Below are positions 14,481 through 28,569 of a stretch of DNA of 64,000 bases, in pieces. This DNA comes from Eledone cirrhosa. Its lineage: Eukaryota. The stretch spans positions 26,412,001-26,476,000 of the forward strand of contig OZ024752.1 of the NCBI GenBank assembly GCA_964016885.1, in the 5' to 3' direction. Each line of letters starts with the position of its first letter. Positions within the stretch are counted from its first letter, which is position 1. The notes under the pieces are model-generated. The model had not been told where the DNA came from. It ran no database searches and saw only the letters and a program-made list of their open reading frames with translations. A program made the translations under genes and the position numbers.

Positions 14481-14917
14481 CATTTGAAAATGTATTACAA
14501 ACCCATAAATCCTAATGGAGTCGTAGAGGTGCTGCCTTTGACATTTTATATCTAGCGGAACCCATACCTCTCCCTGTCAGAGCATAGCCTTTCTCCTTCC
14601 TTTCGACATCGAAAGGATTAAATACAAAGCTGATATTGGTAGACTTTTAACTCTGAGGACAGAGAGTCGGATTGACTACCGCAAAGCATTCTAGCCGACA
14701 CTCTAACCACTCAGACAATTCACCATCATTTTCATAAAAATGTTCTTATTGTAAGCTGCAGCAGCGACAACGACAACAACAGCAGCAGCCGCTTCCGTTT
14801 GCACAATCCATTATAGCCGATACTATCTAAATTATCACCATTTCCAAACTCGAACACAACCACTAACACCAACACCAGCAGCAGCACACCATCAACAAAA
14901 GGGTTAAAACCATCTCG

Positions 14918-15131
14918 AATACCGCAAAAAGCAGTAGAAGGACATAATAAAGCTCTGATGTAGGACAAACTACAACCATATGGACCTCAGTCTGAAGCTG
15001 TGGCCCGATGTGAATGGTGGTACTAATACCGCAAAAAGCAGTACAAGGACATAATAAAGTTCTGAAATAGGACAAACTCCTCTCATATGGACCTGAGTCT
15101 AAAGCTGTGGCCCGATGTGAATGGTGGTACC
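14918..15131. repeat. 108-bp tandem duplication
   Basis: aataccgcaaaaagcagta...gatgtgaatggtggtac occurs twice (14918, 15026). Confidence 0.85.
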
Positions 15132-16629
15132 TAAGACTCTACAGCAATGTTTCCCAACGCTTTTTGCATCATCGATATCTTTCACGTGGAAACCTGTTCT
15201 ACTGCCCATCTTTAAATATTCAAAAGCATACTAAGAATGTGTGGTAAAAGTTTGTTATTGGTTTAGCCTCCTGTTTATTTTTTATACCGGTTTTTGGCAT
15301 ATCTCTTTGAATATTTTTTTTCGTGTAGCATATATTGAAATACTTTTTTAATATTCAAAATCCTATATCATCCACCAAAATTTCCAATAATCCACCATTT
15401 TCTATTCAGTTGCTCATCGCTCTCCCAATAGTTGAAATCGCTCATCCAACAGTTATAATCTCCCAACAGTGGGTGGGTGGAGCAGCAAGAAACTTTCTAG
15501 CCAATTGGTGCTTGATGTGCCTCATTTAAAGTTTTAACAGATGTAGAAAGACGTTTGCTCTTGTCTCAAACCAGCCCGTGCCCCATGCTCTATTCGGAAA
15601 TGTGTCTGCACATCTGACTGTGACTATAGAAGGTACATGCATGAGAACAGACCTTGACGGCTTCCCACGTCTACTTTGGACTCCCGGACACTACCAGGCA
15701 TTCATTCAATCATTCATACCTTCATAAATTTACTACTATATTGCCAAGCAAAATATTTAATACACATTTTGTAATTTAATTCTTACCATAGACCTAAGAT
15801 ATTTGCCCCCACCCCTCCAAACACAAAACAAAACAAAAACGCGTTGTGTAGTACAAAGGTTGTGATAACATTTTTATCATTTAACGCAGGCCTTGTGAAA
15901 AAATAAATCGTTTAATTCGCACCATGTAACACAAATCATGAAATTCACACCATGTAACACATTTTGTAACAAAATAAAGCATGTATGATACAAAGATTCA
16001 GAGAAAGCTTGTAAAGGTTGACTCTACGTTGTATTGTCGATCGATCTAATTGAAAGAATAGCCAAATCTTAAAATATCGCACGCTAGCATCCCAAACAAA
16101 GTAGAATACATTATTCAAAGTAACCACTGATATGCAAAATGGAACGATGGTTCCGATTAGAATGTCTTTGATCATAGTTTTGCTTGATATAAGCTGGTCT
16201 GGTAAAACAACTGCGGCAGCCACCACATCAAGTAGTAATGGCAAACATCAGCATATAATATTTATAAAATAAGTTCATATGTCGTGAGATGGAAGTATGG
16301 TGGTAAGTCCCGGTGAGAAAATATTTATGATTAGATATGGATTTATTGTGGTAAGGTAATCCATGGTGAGATTGATTACCATCCGTAGCATCAGCATCAC
16401 CATCATTGTCATCGTTGTCATTGCTACTATTGTCGTCGTCGTCGTCATCATCATCATCTCTATCTGCATCAGCATCAGCAGCGTCATGATCACAATCACA
16501 ATCATTGTGATGATCAAATTCCTACTGAATATTATCAATATCACCATTATCGACATAATCGTCCGCATTATCATTCCTCTCTTGATCGTCTCTATCCTCC
16601 TTCTTCCTCCCCCCCCCCACCTCCTCTTA

Positions 16630-16663
<34 letters not shown>

Positions 16664-16922
16664 AAATATACACCCCAATCCACTACCCCTACTCCATCCT
16701 CCAACTCCCACCAATACCACCCTCTCTCTGTAAAGTTGGTACCACAACATCCAGTCCAAATTAATGAGATAATTGTTTCTACTTTAGGCACAAGGCCAGC
16801 ACATACCCCAGTGTATTACTGGTACTTTATTTTATCGACCCCATAAGGATGAAAGACAAAGTTAACCAAATAAATGAGATAATGAGATCGAGATCGTGTA
16901 GGTGTCACGACAAAACAACACA

Positions 16923-17279
16923 CAGTCCACGCTGTAATGTGGCCGTGTAGGTAACACGGTAAAAAGTTCCCAGTCCACGCTGTAATGTGGCCGTGTAGGT
17001 AACACGGTAAAAACCTCCCAGTCCACGCTGTAATGTGGCCGTGTAGGTAACACGGTAAAAACCTCCCAGTCCACGGTGTAATATGGCCGTGTAGGTAACA
17101 TGGTAAAAAGTTCCCAGTCCACGCTGTAAACGTGGTTGGTGTTAGGAAGGGCATCTAGCCGTAGAAAACCTGCCAGACGGTCCCATACGAGTGAGAAACG
17201 GTCACCCGACCAAGCTTGCCTCAAATTGGGACAACTCCCGTATAACCCATGCTAGCGTGGAAGATGGACGTTAAACGAC

Positions 17280-17315
<36 letters not shown>
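16923..17315 (+). mobile_element. SINE 3' part with a (GAT)n tail and an internal 48-bp tandem array (about 4.3 copies, 16923-17130)
   Basis: cagtccacgctgtaatgtggccgtgtaggtaacacggtaaaaa.. repeats at a period of 48, followed by ttaggaagggcatc...ggacgttaaacga(tga)n. Confidence 0.7.
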
Positions 17316-17316
<1 letters not shown>

Positions 17317-17339
17317 GTGCATTTCTAAAATATGAAATA

Positions 17340-17492
17340 ACTAGATTTTCCGTCTACCCATTCTCACTCACTCAGAAGATTTGATTCGACCCGAAGCTAT
17401 AGTAAGTGACACTTGGCTAAGACGCGACGCAGTGGGATTGAACCCGAGACCTAACGATTGCGATTGAACTCCTTAACCATTCAGCCATGCCG
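17340..17492 (-). mobile_element. tRNA-derived SINE 5' part (family 3)
   Basis: Minus strand: ggcatggctgaatggttaag...gggttcaatccc. Confidence 0.65.
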
Positions 17493-17805
17493 CGTCAGTA
17501 CGATGTGGAGACACGGTGCTGCAGAAGGGCAGTGGTAAATTATTCAGGCTGTGTGTGTGTGAGATGACTTTTAGGGGAGTTACCTCCACACATCCACCGA
17601 TTGTATGTACACTGTCTGACTTGTCCAGCGATGTGTAATACCGTTTATACTATATACATATTATGCATATATACATAAATGCATAATATGTATGTAGTAT
17701 AAACATGTGTGTATATATATATATATACACACACATATATATACACGCATACGCACACCACACACACACATACACACATATATATATATACACGCATACG
17801 CACAC

Positions 17806-17911
<106 letters not shown>

Positions 17912-18068
17912 AACAGGTATGACCCGTTTCGACGGCTATTTCTGGCTTGAGCTTTGCCGTCGGCGGGGTCATACCTTTTCCTATTACCCACTCTACTACC
18001 CTAAGTATTGAGTACTCTGGTGAGTTATGGTTCCTTACCACAATTCCTTCGTTATATATATATATATT

Positions 18069-18099
<31 letters not shown>

Positions 18100-18194
18100 A
18101 TATAGTAATAATAATAAATTTGAAGACTAAAATCCAAAGAGGGCTCGATAAGGATAAATATATATCAAATATATAAGAACCGTAGAGCAAATAA

Positions 18195-18338
18195 TTATTA
18201 AAATAACAGATTAAAGTTTAAGCAAAGAATCGCTGCTTTCACCCTTGAAGGGATTATCTGAAGATCCCGTTTCAGAAGATCCCGTTAAGGGTGAAAGCAG
18301 CTATTCTTTGCTTAAACTTTAATCTGTTATTTTAATAA
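18195..18338. mobile_element. Inverted-repeat PLE terminus with a rearranged hammerhead core
   Basis: About 52-bp arms. The spacer contains ctgaagatcccgtt and cagaagatcccgtt; the right arm carries GAAAgcagcTA. Confidence 0.6.
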
Positions 18339-18671
18339 ATAAATATATATATATGTGTATGTATATATATATACATACATACATATATATATGTATATAC
18401 ATACACACGCACACGCACACACACACACATATATATATGGATGTGTATGTGTGTATGTGTGTATGTGTGTGTGTGTGTGTGTGTTAGACATGGCCTGGAC
18501 CAAACTGGCCGAAACCTATCAAAGTTATATATATATATTTTTTTTATATATATATATATATATATACATGGAAAATGTATATATATATGACTGCCAAATC
18601 AACTTCCCAAATGCAAGTCGATTGAAAGGTATGTCATATCTATTTATTTATAAGACTGTTTATATTGTATT

Positions 18672-18729
18672 TTGTCTGATGAAGGCATAACATATTGTTA
18701 ATATGATATCCCTGAAATATATATAATGA
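18672..18729 (+). ncRNA. Minimal hammerhead ribozyme (weak stem I)
   Basis: ttgt CTGATGA agg..catatt-gtt-aatatg..cct GAAA tatata TA atga, then AATAAA. Confidence 0.6.
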
Positions 18730-18936
18730 AATAAATATGGTTTTATAAATATAGTTTCCATTTATTTAATATCATATATATATATATATATATATTTATT
18801 TATTTACGTATAGCACGGAGCATATATGCATAAACACACATGCACCGTGTTATATTATGACCGATCTCCCTATTGCATTCCGACTGTTCGCGTGACTAGG
18901 CTCTGTAGAGCTTATACTCAGCACTGTGTTTATTAA

Positions 18937-18981
18937 GCTCTGAGGATTCCTACTAAACGGTATGGATGAAACATTGTAAGC
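18937..18981 (+). ncRNA. Minimal hammerhead ribozyme
   Basis: gct CTGAGGA ttcctac-taaacg-gtatggat GAAA cattg TA agc, then AATAAA. Confidence 0.7.
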
Positions 18982-19024
18982 AAATAAAAACTGTTTGAGT
19001 ACGTACGCGTTCTTTGGTTTCTTT

Positions 19025-19084
<60 letters not shown>

Positions 19085-19085
<1 letters not shown>

Positions 19086-19232
19086 GTTATTCCGGGTTGA
19101 ATCGGAGGTAACCACAGTAAGTAAGGTACTCAATACATTGCAGAGCATAAAAGTTTTAATATAGATGAGATTCTACAGCACTAGAACTGTTTCATTCTTT
19201 AGAAATCATCAGGAATCTGATGATTTCTAAAG
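19085..19232 (-). mobile_element. PLE terminus with a hammerhead core and a short fold-back (19196-19232)
   Basis: Minus strand: CTGATGA tttc-taaa-gaat GAAA cagt TC. The palindrome is tctttagaaatcatcag-gaat-ctgatgatttctaaaga. Confidence 0.55.
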
Positions 19233-19467
19233 ACACACAAACACACACACAAACACACGCTCACACTGACAGACACACACACACACACACGCACACTATA
19301 ATACAGAGTAACGAGCACACACAATCACTTACATACACATAGGCATTTAGATATTCACATACAAAATCACAGATATAGACATACACACATACACACATAC
19401 ACACATCACGCATACAGACGCAGGCCTACACATTTGTGTGTGTGTTTCTATTTGTGTTTAAGAGATA

Positions 19468-19800
19468 GATCATCACCATCATCATCATCACCATCATCAT
19501 CATCGTCATCATCACCGTCACCATCATCACCATCATCATCAACATCGTCGTCACCATCATCATCATCATAACCACCATCATCATCATCGTCATCATCACC
19601 GTCACCATCATCACCATCATCATCAGCATCATCGTCACCATCATCATCATCATAACCACCATCATCATCATCATCATCATCACCATCATCCTTATCATCA
19701 CCATCATCACCATCATCATCCTCACCACCATCACCACCATCACCAACATCATCAACTTCATTAACGCTCATATCATTATGATCATCATCATCATCGTCAT
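19468..19800. repeat. (CAT/CAC) trinucleotide compound repeat
   Basis: Visible directly. Confidence 0.95.
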
Positions 19801-20391
19801 TATCCCCTTTTCCCCACCCTTCCCCTTCCTTCTTCTGCTTCAGGCTTCCTTATACTCCCACCCCTTCCATTCGTTGTCGTCGACCTAGTTGTTATTGTAA
19901 GTAGCAGCAGCAACAACAACAACAGCAGCTTCCGTCTGCACAATTCATTATTGCCGACACTATCTAAATTATCACCAAACCCCCCCCCCCCCCCCCCCCC
20001 CAGAACCCGCCACCAACCCAGCACCCCGCCACCAACCCCAGCGCCACCAGCACCCCGCCACCAACCCCAGCACCCCGCCACCTACCCCAGCACCCCCAGC
20101 ACCCCACCACCAAGCCCAGCACCCCCAGCACCTCCATCACCCCGCCACCATTCCTAGCACCCCCCACCCCCCAGCACCCCGCCAACAACCCCAGCACCCC
20201 ACCCCCACCCAGCACCCCGCCAACAACCCCAGCACCTCGCCACTAACCCCAGCACCATCATCACCTTAGTGGTTAAAGCCATCTCCTTTTGCCACTACTA
20301 ACATCACCACCAATACCACTACAGCTACAACCAATACCATCGCTATGACCGATACCACTACTATTGCCACCAATGTTAATACTAATAACTA

Positions 20392-20572
20392 TTTTTACTT
20401 TTGGCACAAGCCCAGCAATTATCCCAGTGCATTACTGGTACTTTATTTTATCGACCCCGTAAGGATGAAAGGTAAAGTTAACCTCGGCGGGATTTGAACT
20501 CAGATCATAAAGGGACGTAACTCTATGCGTCAAAGCATATGGCGTCCGACTCTCTACCGATACTGCCAATCC
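20392..20572 (-). mobile_element. SINE family 1
   Basis: Same core and tRNA head on the minus strand. Confidence 0.85.
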
Positions 20573-20749
20573 ACAGGAGTCACCTTGTTCACAAACCTTG
20601 CTAGAAATAGCAGCTAAATTTCCATGAATTCCCACCATAGGGCAAAACATGATTCTTGGTTGTTTGGAGCTGAAATATCTGTCAACAGGGGTCTTCTTAA
20701 TCATGGCTGACCTGGTGCTACACATCGACATTAACAGTGCTATCCCCAG

Positions 20750-22640
20750 TACCAATACCATCAATATCAATACTAACATCACTAAACACCACCATTAATA
20801 CCATCAAAGCCTCCACCAACATTACTAGGACTAATACCACCAACATCACCAATAACACCACCAACATCACCAATACCACCAACACCACCAATAACACCAT
20901 CAACACCACCAACACCACCAATAACACCATCAACATCACCAACATCACCAATACCACCAACACCACCAATAACACCATCAACACCACCAACACCACCAAT
21001 AACACCATCAACACCACCAACACCACCAATAACACCACCAATACCACCAACACCACCAATAACACCATCAACACCACCAACACAACCAATAACACCATCA
21101 ATACCACCAACACCACCAATAACACCATCAACACCACCAACACCACCAATAACACCAACAATACCACCAACACCACCAATAACACCATCAACACCACCAA
21201 CACCACCAATAACACCATCAACACCACCAACACCACCAATAACACCATCAACATCACCAACACCACCAATAACACCATCAATACCACCAACACCACCAAT
21301 AACACCATCAACACCACCAACACCACCAATAACACCACTAACACCACCACTAACACCACCAACACCACCACTAACACCACCAACACCACCACTAACACCA
21401 CTAACACCACCAACACCACCACTAACACCACCAACACCACCACTAACACCACTAACACCACTAACACCACTAACACCACCAACACCACCACTAACACCAC
21501 CAACACCACCACTAACACCACTAACACCACCAACACCACCACTAACACCACTAACACCACTAACACCACTAACACCACCACTAACACCACCAACACCACC
21601 ACTAACACCACCAACACCACCACTAACACCACTAACACCACCAACACCACCACTAACACCACTAACACCACCAACACCACCACTAACACCACCAACACCA
21701 CCACTAACACCACTAACACCACTAACACCACCAACACCACCACTAACACCACCAACACCACCACTAACACCACTAACACCACCAACACCACCACTAACAC
21801 CACCAACAACACCACTAACACCACCAACACCACCACTAACACCACCAACACCACCACTAACACCACCAACACCACCAACACCACCAACACCACCACTAAC
21901 ACCACCAACACTACCACTAACACCACCAACACCACCAACACCACCAACACCACCACTAACACCACCAACACCACCAACACCACCAACACCACCACTAACA
22001 CCACTAACACCACCAACACCACCACTAACACCACCAACACCACCACTAACACCACCAACACCACCAACACCACCAACACCACCACTAACACCACTAACAC
22101 CACCAACACCACCAACACCACCAACACCACCACTAACACCACCAACACCACCACTAACACCACTAACACCACCAACACCACCACTAACACCACCAACACC
22201 ACCACTAACACCACTAACACCACCAACACCACCACTAACACCACTAACACCACCAACACCACCACTAACACCACCAACACCACCACTAACACCACCAACA
22301 CCACCACTAACACCACTAACACCACCAACACCACCACTAACACCATCAACACCACCACTAACACCACCAACACCACCACTAACACCACTAACACCACCAA
22401 CACCACCACTAACACCATCAACACCACCACTAACACCACTAACACCACCAACACCACCACTAACACCACCAACACTACCACTAACATTGTCAATACCAGC
22501 ACCACCAAAACCACCGGCAACAAGACTACAGCTTTCTTCACCAACACTCCCACCACCACTATCATCACAATCACCATCACAACCACCACAACCACAACCA
22601 CAACCACCACCACCAGCAGCACCAACAGCACCACCACCAT
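20750..22640. repeat. (AAC/ACC/ACT/AAT) compound trinucleotide minisatellite, about 1.9 kb
   Basis: 9- and 12-bp units such as aacaccacc and aacaccaccact; these create the T/N and V/L ORFs. Confidence 0.95.
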
Positions 22641-22884
22641 TAAATGACTTAAATTTTGTGGCATTTTAAGCGCTTCGCCAAACATGATCTAACAAGTCAA
22701 TGAGGACATTCTAGCTCTCTCTTTCCAAACCTCTCCCCCCCTGTATCCCCCTCTCCACTCCTCCCCTTCCTCCTCCCACCCACCTCCCTCCCCGACTCAT
22801 CTATGCCCCCCCCCCTGTACCATCCATTTCCCCCAGTTGCAGTCCGTCCTAACTCCTTCTTCCCATGTCCGTATCCACCTCTGT

Positions 22885-24012
22885 CACCACCAGCAACACC
22901 ACCAGCAGAAACACTAGCAGCAGCCCTATCAACACATCTACCACCACCACTATCACCACCACCACTACCACCACCACTACCGCCACCACTATCACTACCA
23001 CCACCACACCAACATCACATCTACCACCACCACTATCACCACCACCATCACCAGTACCACCACCACTACCACCACCACTATCACCACCACCACTACCACC
23101 ACTACTACCGCCACCACTATCACTACCACCACCACACCAACATCACATCTACCACCACCACTATCACCACCACCATCACCAGTACCACCACCACTACCGC
23201 CACCACTATCACCACCACCACTACCACCACCACTACCGCCACCACTATCACTACCAGCACCACACCAACACCACATCTACCACCACCACTATCACAACCA
23301 CCACCACTACCACCACCACTACTGCCACCACTATCACTACCACCACCACACCAACACCACATCTACCACCACCACTAACACCACCACCACCACCACCACC
23401 ACCACCACCACCACCACCACCACCACCACCACCACCACTACCAACACCACCACCACTACCAACACTACCACCACTGCTATCACCACACCACCACCACCAC
23501 CATCAATACCACCACCACACCAACACCACCACCACTACCAACACCACCACCACTACCACCACCACACCACCACCACCACCACCACTACCAACACCACCAC
23601 CACTACTATCACCACACCACCACCACCACCACCACCAATACCACCACCACACCACCACCACCACCACCACCACACACCACACACCACCACCACCACCACC
23701 ACTACCACCACCACACCAACACCACCACCACTACCACAACCACACCAACATCACCACCACTACCACCACCACCACACAACCACCACCACCACACCACCAC
23801 CACTACCAACACCACCACCACACCAACACCACCACCACTACCAACACCACCACCACTACCAACACTACCACCACTGCTATCACCACCACCACCACCACCA
23901 CCATCAATACCACCACCACACCAACACCACCACCACCACCACACCAACACCACCAACACCACCACCACCACCAACACCACCACCACTACCACCACCACCA
24001 CCACACCACCAT
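22885..24012. repeat. (ACC)n degenerate repeat
   Basis: Visible directly. Confidence 0.95.
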
Positions 24013-24182
24013 CAATTTATTATCCACCTCACCGGGTCTAGCTCGACTTTACAATATTGGAGATGATAGGTGTTGGTGTGTTATGTTACAACCCGGAGAA
24101 AAGCTCCACATTGCGATAATCTGTCATAATCTGTCGAAAACCATTGGAATAAAACCTTTTGCTCCCCCCTCTCTCTCTCACC

Positions 24183-24297
<115 letters not shown>

Positions 24298-26498
24298 TCA
24301 CGCTAGTGAGGAAGGACGAGAACAAGGGGGACGATATAAATAATTTCAGGCCCATAACTCTGCTAAATACAGAGTTACAGATTTTGGCCAAGGTGCTAGC
24401 AAAGAGGTTGGCGCTTGTCGTGGGCAACCTGGTGGGAGATGCGCAGACATGTGCTATCCCGCCCAGGTCCATCCACGACAACCTCCACCTCATGCGATAC
24501 ATCATAGAGAGGGTTGGCAACGTACCCGGCTTTGGTGGGGCACTGATCAACTTGGATCAATCTAAGGCGTTCGATAGGGTCGACCATGGTTACCTGGATG
24601 CGGTGCTAGCGGCGGCAGGCTTCAGACCCGTTTTCAGGGGCTGGATCAATGCCATGCACAGCAGCCGCATCTGCTCTAGGGTCAAGGTGAACGGCTACCT
24701 CTCGGAGTCGTTCGAAATCGCGCGGTCCATCCGACAAGGGTGCCCTCTCTCCTCCCTTCTGTATGTAATGACTCTAGAGCCACTGCTGTGGAAGTTGGAG
24801 TTGTTGCAGGGCATCTCGTTGGAACCGGGATTGCGGAAAGCGGTGTCGGCCTACGCCGACGACGTAACAGTAATGGTGTCGACGGCCTCGGAAATCGGGG
24901 CGATCGGCACCTTACTGGAGGAGTACGAAAGGTTTACAGGGGCTAAGCTGAACCGGGACAAGTCGATCGGTCTGCAACTCGGCACGTGGAGGGGCAGATC
25001 GATGCCCTCCGATGGCGTCGTCGGGCGCTGGACGGAGGGCCCGGTGAAGTTGCTCGGGGTCTGGTTCGGACCAGACCTCCAGGTGGAGAAGAACTGGGGT
25101 GAGGTAACGAACAGGGTGTTTGCACTGACCCAGAAGTGGGCCGAGTGCAAACTGTCCCTGAAAGGTCGGGCGGAGGTGGCGAACACTTATATAGCGTCCG
25201 TCATCTACTACCGCCTGACCGTTGTGCCTTGCCCAAGGGAAACGCTCGCCAAAATGGAGCGCGCACTCTTCCAATTCCTTTGGAAGAAGCGGGCTCCTAT
25301 GGTGAGGAGATCCATCTGCTGTCAACACCCTTCGAAAGGAGGGCTGGGGATGCCGTGGCTAATGATACGTAAACACGCATTAAGGCTACGGAACCTCCAG
25401 GTATTCCTCACCGGTCAACCGGTGTGGGCCCCGTTTGTGAGGCGAGCCTTTCCCAGAGTCGTCTCACTCACCGAGCTGCAATCCTGGGTCAAGCAAAGAC
25501 TGAGAAAACTGGGCGCCTGGCACACCGAGTGTGCCCAGGCGCTCACGGCTCTCTGGCAGGCGGACCCGGCTGTCAGTGGAGAATCCACCTCGTCATTCTA
25601 TAGAGGGCTGGTGGTTAGCAGGTGCGACGACGCCCTCGGAGAAGCCCTAGGCATGGAGGAAGACGAACTGAACAACCTGTTCGGTAGGACATTCAGCCCG
25701 GGACCCATGGATAACTTCCAGAGGTCCCTGGCCTGGCAGTGCTACCGAGGGGCTCTGCCCGTTTGAGAAAGGCTTTACAGACACGGGCGCCCGGGTAGGG
25801 ACCCCTCGAAAAAGATCTGTCCCAGATGCGTGTGCGACGAGGAAACCGTTGCACACGCTTTGGTACACTGCTCGGGCGTTGCCGATCTGTGGGGCTATGT
25901 CGAACAACTGCTGTCAAGGGTGGGACCGATCCGGTTGACCACCGAGTCTATTGTAACGATCAAGCCGCCCCCTCTTCAAAAACGAACGAGAGGCGGTGTT
26001 TCTGTGCGTAATAGCCAAAGAGGTTGTATGGTGGACGCGTCTGAAAGGACTGAGGTCAGACACCTTTCTCTCTGGCCAACAACTGGTCCATTTCCTCCGA
26101 TATCATTTCGGAAGAAGGATCAGAATGGAGAGAGAGGTGCTGCACCCCAGCCGTTTTTATGAAAGATGGGTGAAAGTGGCGAGAATGGCCCGTGTGAATG
26201 GGCCTTCACTCTACATCAGACTATTGGTGAGGAAGATGAAAGACCAAGGGAGCACCCCCTCTCTGTGCTCCTGAGGTGAAGGGTTGCACACTTTTTTTCG
26301 GGGGTGTGTGCGTCCCCCCAAGGCGCCTCTTCCTTATTGAGGATTTTGTTACAAAATTTATTTTGTTATATTTTATTTTATTTTTATACTTTTATATCTT
26401 GTTATTGCCTCCTCCATATTGAGGACGCCTTTACATGTAAACTCCCCCCTTTGTACTTGTCCCACTTTTGATGCCCTGGTGGCAAATAAAAAGAAAGT
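24298..26498 (+). mobile_element. 5'-truncated Tx1-clade LINE (subfamily A): RT plus C-terminus, inactivated
   Basis: FRPITLLN, DQSKAFDRV, RQGCPLS, YADD. Premature TGA at 25764-25766 and a later frameshift. The 3' UTR ends AATAAAaagaaag directly into (TATC)n. Confidence 0.92.
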
Positions 26499-26547
26499 TA
26501 TCTATCTATCTATCTATCATCTATCTATCTATCATCTATCATCTATC

Positions 26548-26586
<39 letters not shown>

Positions 26587-26605
26587 ATCTATCTATCTAT
26601 CTATC

Positions 26606-26644
<39 letters not shown>

Positions 26645-26651
26645 ACCTATC

Positions 26652-26697
<46 letters not shown>

Positions 26698-26736
26698 AAT
26701 CTATCTATCATCTATCTATCTATCTATCTATCTATA

Positions 26737-26790
<54 letters not shown>

Positions 26791-26795
26791 CCTAT

Positions 26796-27640
26796 CGACG
26801 CGCTCGGTGAAACTCTAGGCGTGGAGGAAGATGAACTGGCCAGTCTGTTCGGTAGGACCTTCCGCCCGGGACCGATGGACAACTTCCAAAAGTCGCTGGC
26901 CTGGCAGTGCTACCGAGGAGCTCTACCAGTTCGAGACAAGCTCTACAGACATGGGCGCCCGGGCAGGGACCCTGCAAAAAAGATCTGTCCGAGGTGCGTG
27001 CGAGACGAAGAAACCGTCGCGCACGCATTCATACACTGCCCGGACGTCACTGACCTGTGGGGCTATGTAGAACGACTATTGTCGCGGGTGGGACCAATCC
27101 GGTTGACCACCGAGTCCATTGTCATGATCAAACCGCCACCCTCCTTCAAAAACGAAGGAGAGGCGGTTTTCCTTTGTGTGATAGCTATGGCGAAAGAGGT
27201 TGTATGGTGGACAAGGTTGAAAGGGCTGAGGTCAGACACCTTTCTCTCCGGCCAACAACTGATTCTTTTTTTCAAATACCACTTTGGAAGAAGAATCAGG
27301 ATGGAGAGAGAGGTGCTGTACCCCAGCAAGTTTTATGAAAGGTGGGTGAAAGTGGCGAGAATGGCCCGAGTGAATGGGCCTTCTCTCTATATCAGCCTGT
27401 AGGTTGAGGAAAAGGAGGAGGAGAGGAAAGGAGTACAAGCTCTTCGTACTCCTGGAGATGAGGGTTGCACATTTTTTTCGGGGGTCTGTGTTACCCATAT
27501 AAACTGTCTCCCTCTATTGGGGAAAATCGACTAACTTTTAAATTCCATCTGTGATAACATTTTACACGTTTTTATTGTATGTAAACTTCCCCCTTTGTAT
27601 TTGTCCCCTTCTTTTGTGCCCCTGTGGCTAATAAAGAAAT
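26796..27640 (+). mobile_element. 5'-truncated Tx1 (subfamily B) copy 1: ORF2 C-terminal zinc-finger region plus 3' UTR
   Basis: CPRC..ETVAHAFIHC motif; ends AATAAAgaaat then (ATCT)n. Confidence 0.92.
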
Positions 27641-27641
27641 A

Positions 27642-27695
<54 letters not shown>

Positions 27696-27700
27696 CCTAT

Positions 27701-28545
27701 CGACGCGCTCGGTGAAACTCTAGGCGTGGAGGAAGATGAACTGGCCAGTCTGTTCGGTAGGACCTTCCGCCCGGGACCGATGGACAACTTCCAAAAGTCC
27801 CTGGCCTGGCAGTGCTACCGAGGAGCTCTACCAGTTCGAGACCAGCTCTACAGACATGGGCGCCCGGGCAGGGACCCTGCAAAAAAGATCTGTCCGAGGT
27901 GCGTGCGAGACGAAGAAACCGTCGCGCACGCATTCATACACTGCCCGGGCGTCACTGACCTGTGGGGATATGTAGAACGACTATTGTCGCGGGTGGGACC
28001 AATCCAGTTGACCACCGAGTCCATTGTCATGATCAAACCGCCACCCTCCTTCAAAAACGAAGGAGAGGCGGTTTTCCTTTGTGTGATAGCTATGGCGAAA
28101 GAGGTTGTATGGTGGACAAGGTTGAAAGGGCTGAGGTCAGACACCTTTCTCTCCGGCCAACAACTGATTCTTTTTTTCAAATACCACTTTGGAAGAAGAA
28201 TCAGGATGGAGAGAGAGGTGCTGTACCCCAGCAAGTTTTATGAAAGGTGGGTGAAAGTGGCGAGAATGGCCCGAGTGAATGGGCCTTCTCTCTATATCAG
28301 CCTGTAGATTGAGGAAAAGGAGGAGGAGAGGAAAGGAGTACAAGCTCTTCGTACTCCTGGAGATGAGGTTTGCACATTTTTTTCGGGGGTATGTGTTACC
28401 CATATAAACTGTCTCCCTCTATTGGGGAAAATCGACTAACTTTTAAATTCCATCTGTGATAACATTTTACACGTTTTTATTGTATGTAAACTTCCCCCTT
28501 TGTATTTGTCCCCTTCTGTTGTGCCCCTGTGGCTAATAAAGAAAT
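27701..28545 (+). mobile_element. Tx1 subfamily B copy 2
   Basis: Same 5' junction (tctacctatcgacgcg) as copy 1. Confidence 0.92.
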
Positions 28546-28569
28546 ATATCTATCTATCTATCTACCTAT

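Noticed and set aside
16923-17130. CRISPR-like regular array
   Set aside because: Units are contiguous with no unique spacers, and the context is a eukaryotic SINE.
20718-22685. 636-aa Thr/Asn and 655-aa Val/Leu ORFs resembling a mucin or membrane protein
   Set aside because: Pure trinucleotide minisatellite open on both strands, with no signal peptide, credible start or splice context.
20750-24012. Telomeric or subtelomeric repeat with telomere-type retrotransposon array
   Set aside because: No (TTAGGG)n or (TTAGG)n array; ordinary SINE-containing sequence flanks the Tx1 arrays on both sides.
24020-24155. Possible minus-strand exon between repeats
   Set aside because: Stops occur in all three frames between the candidate acceptor and donor.
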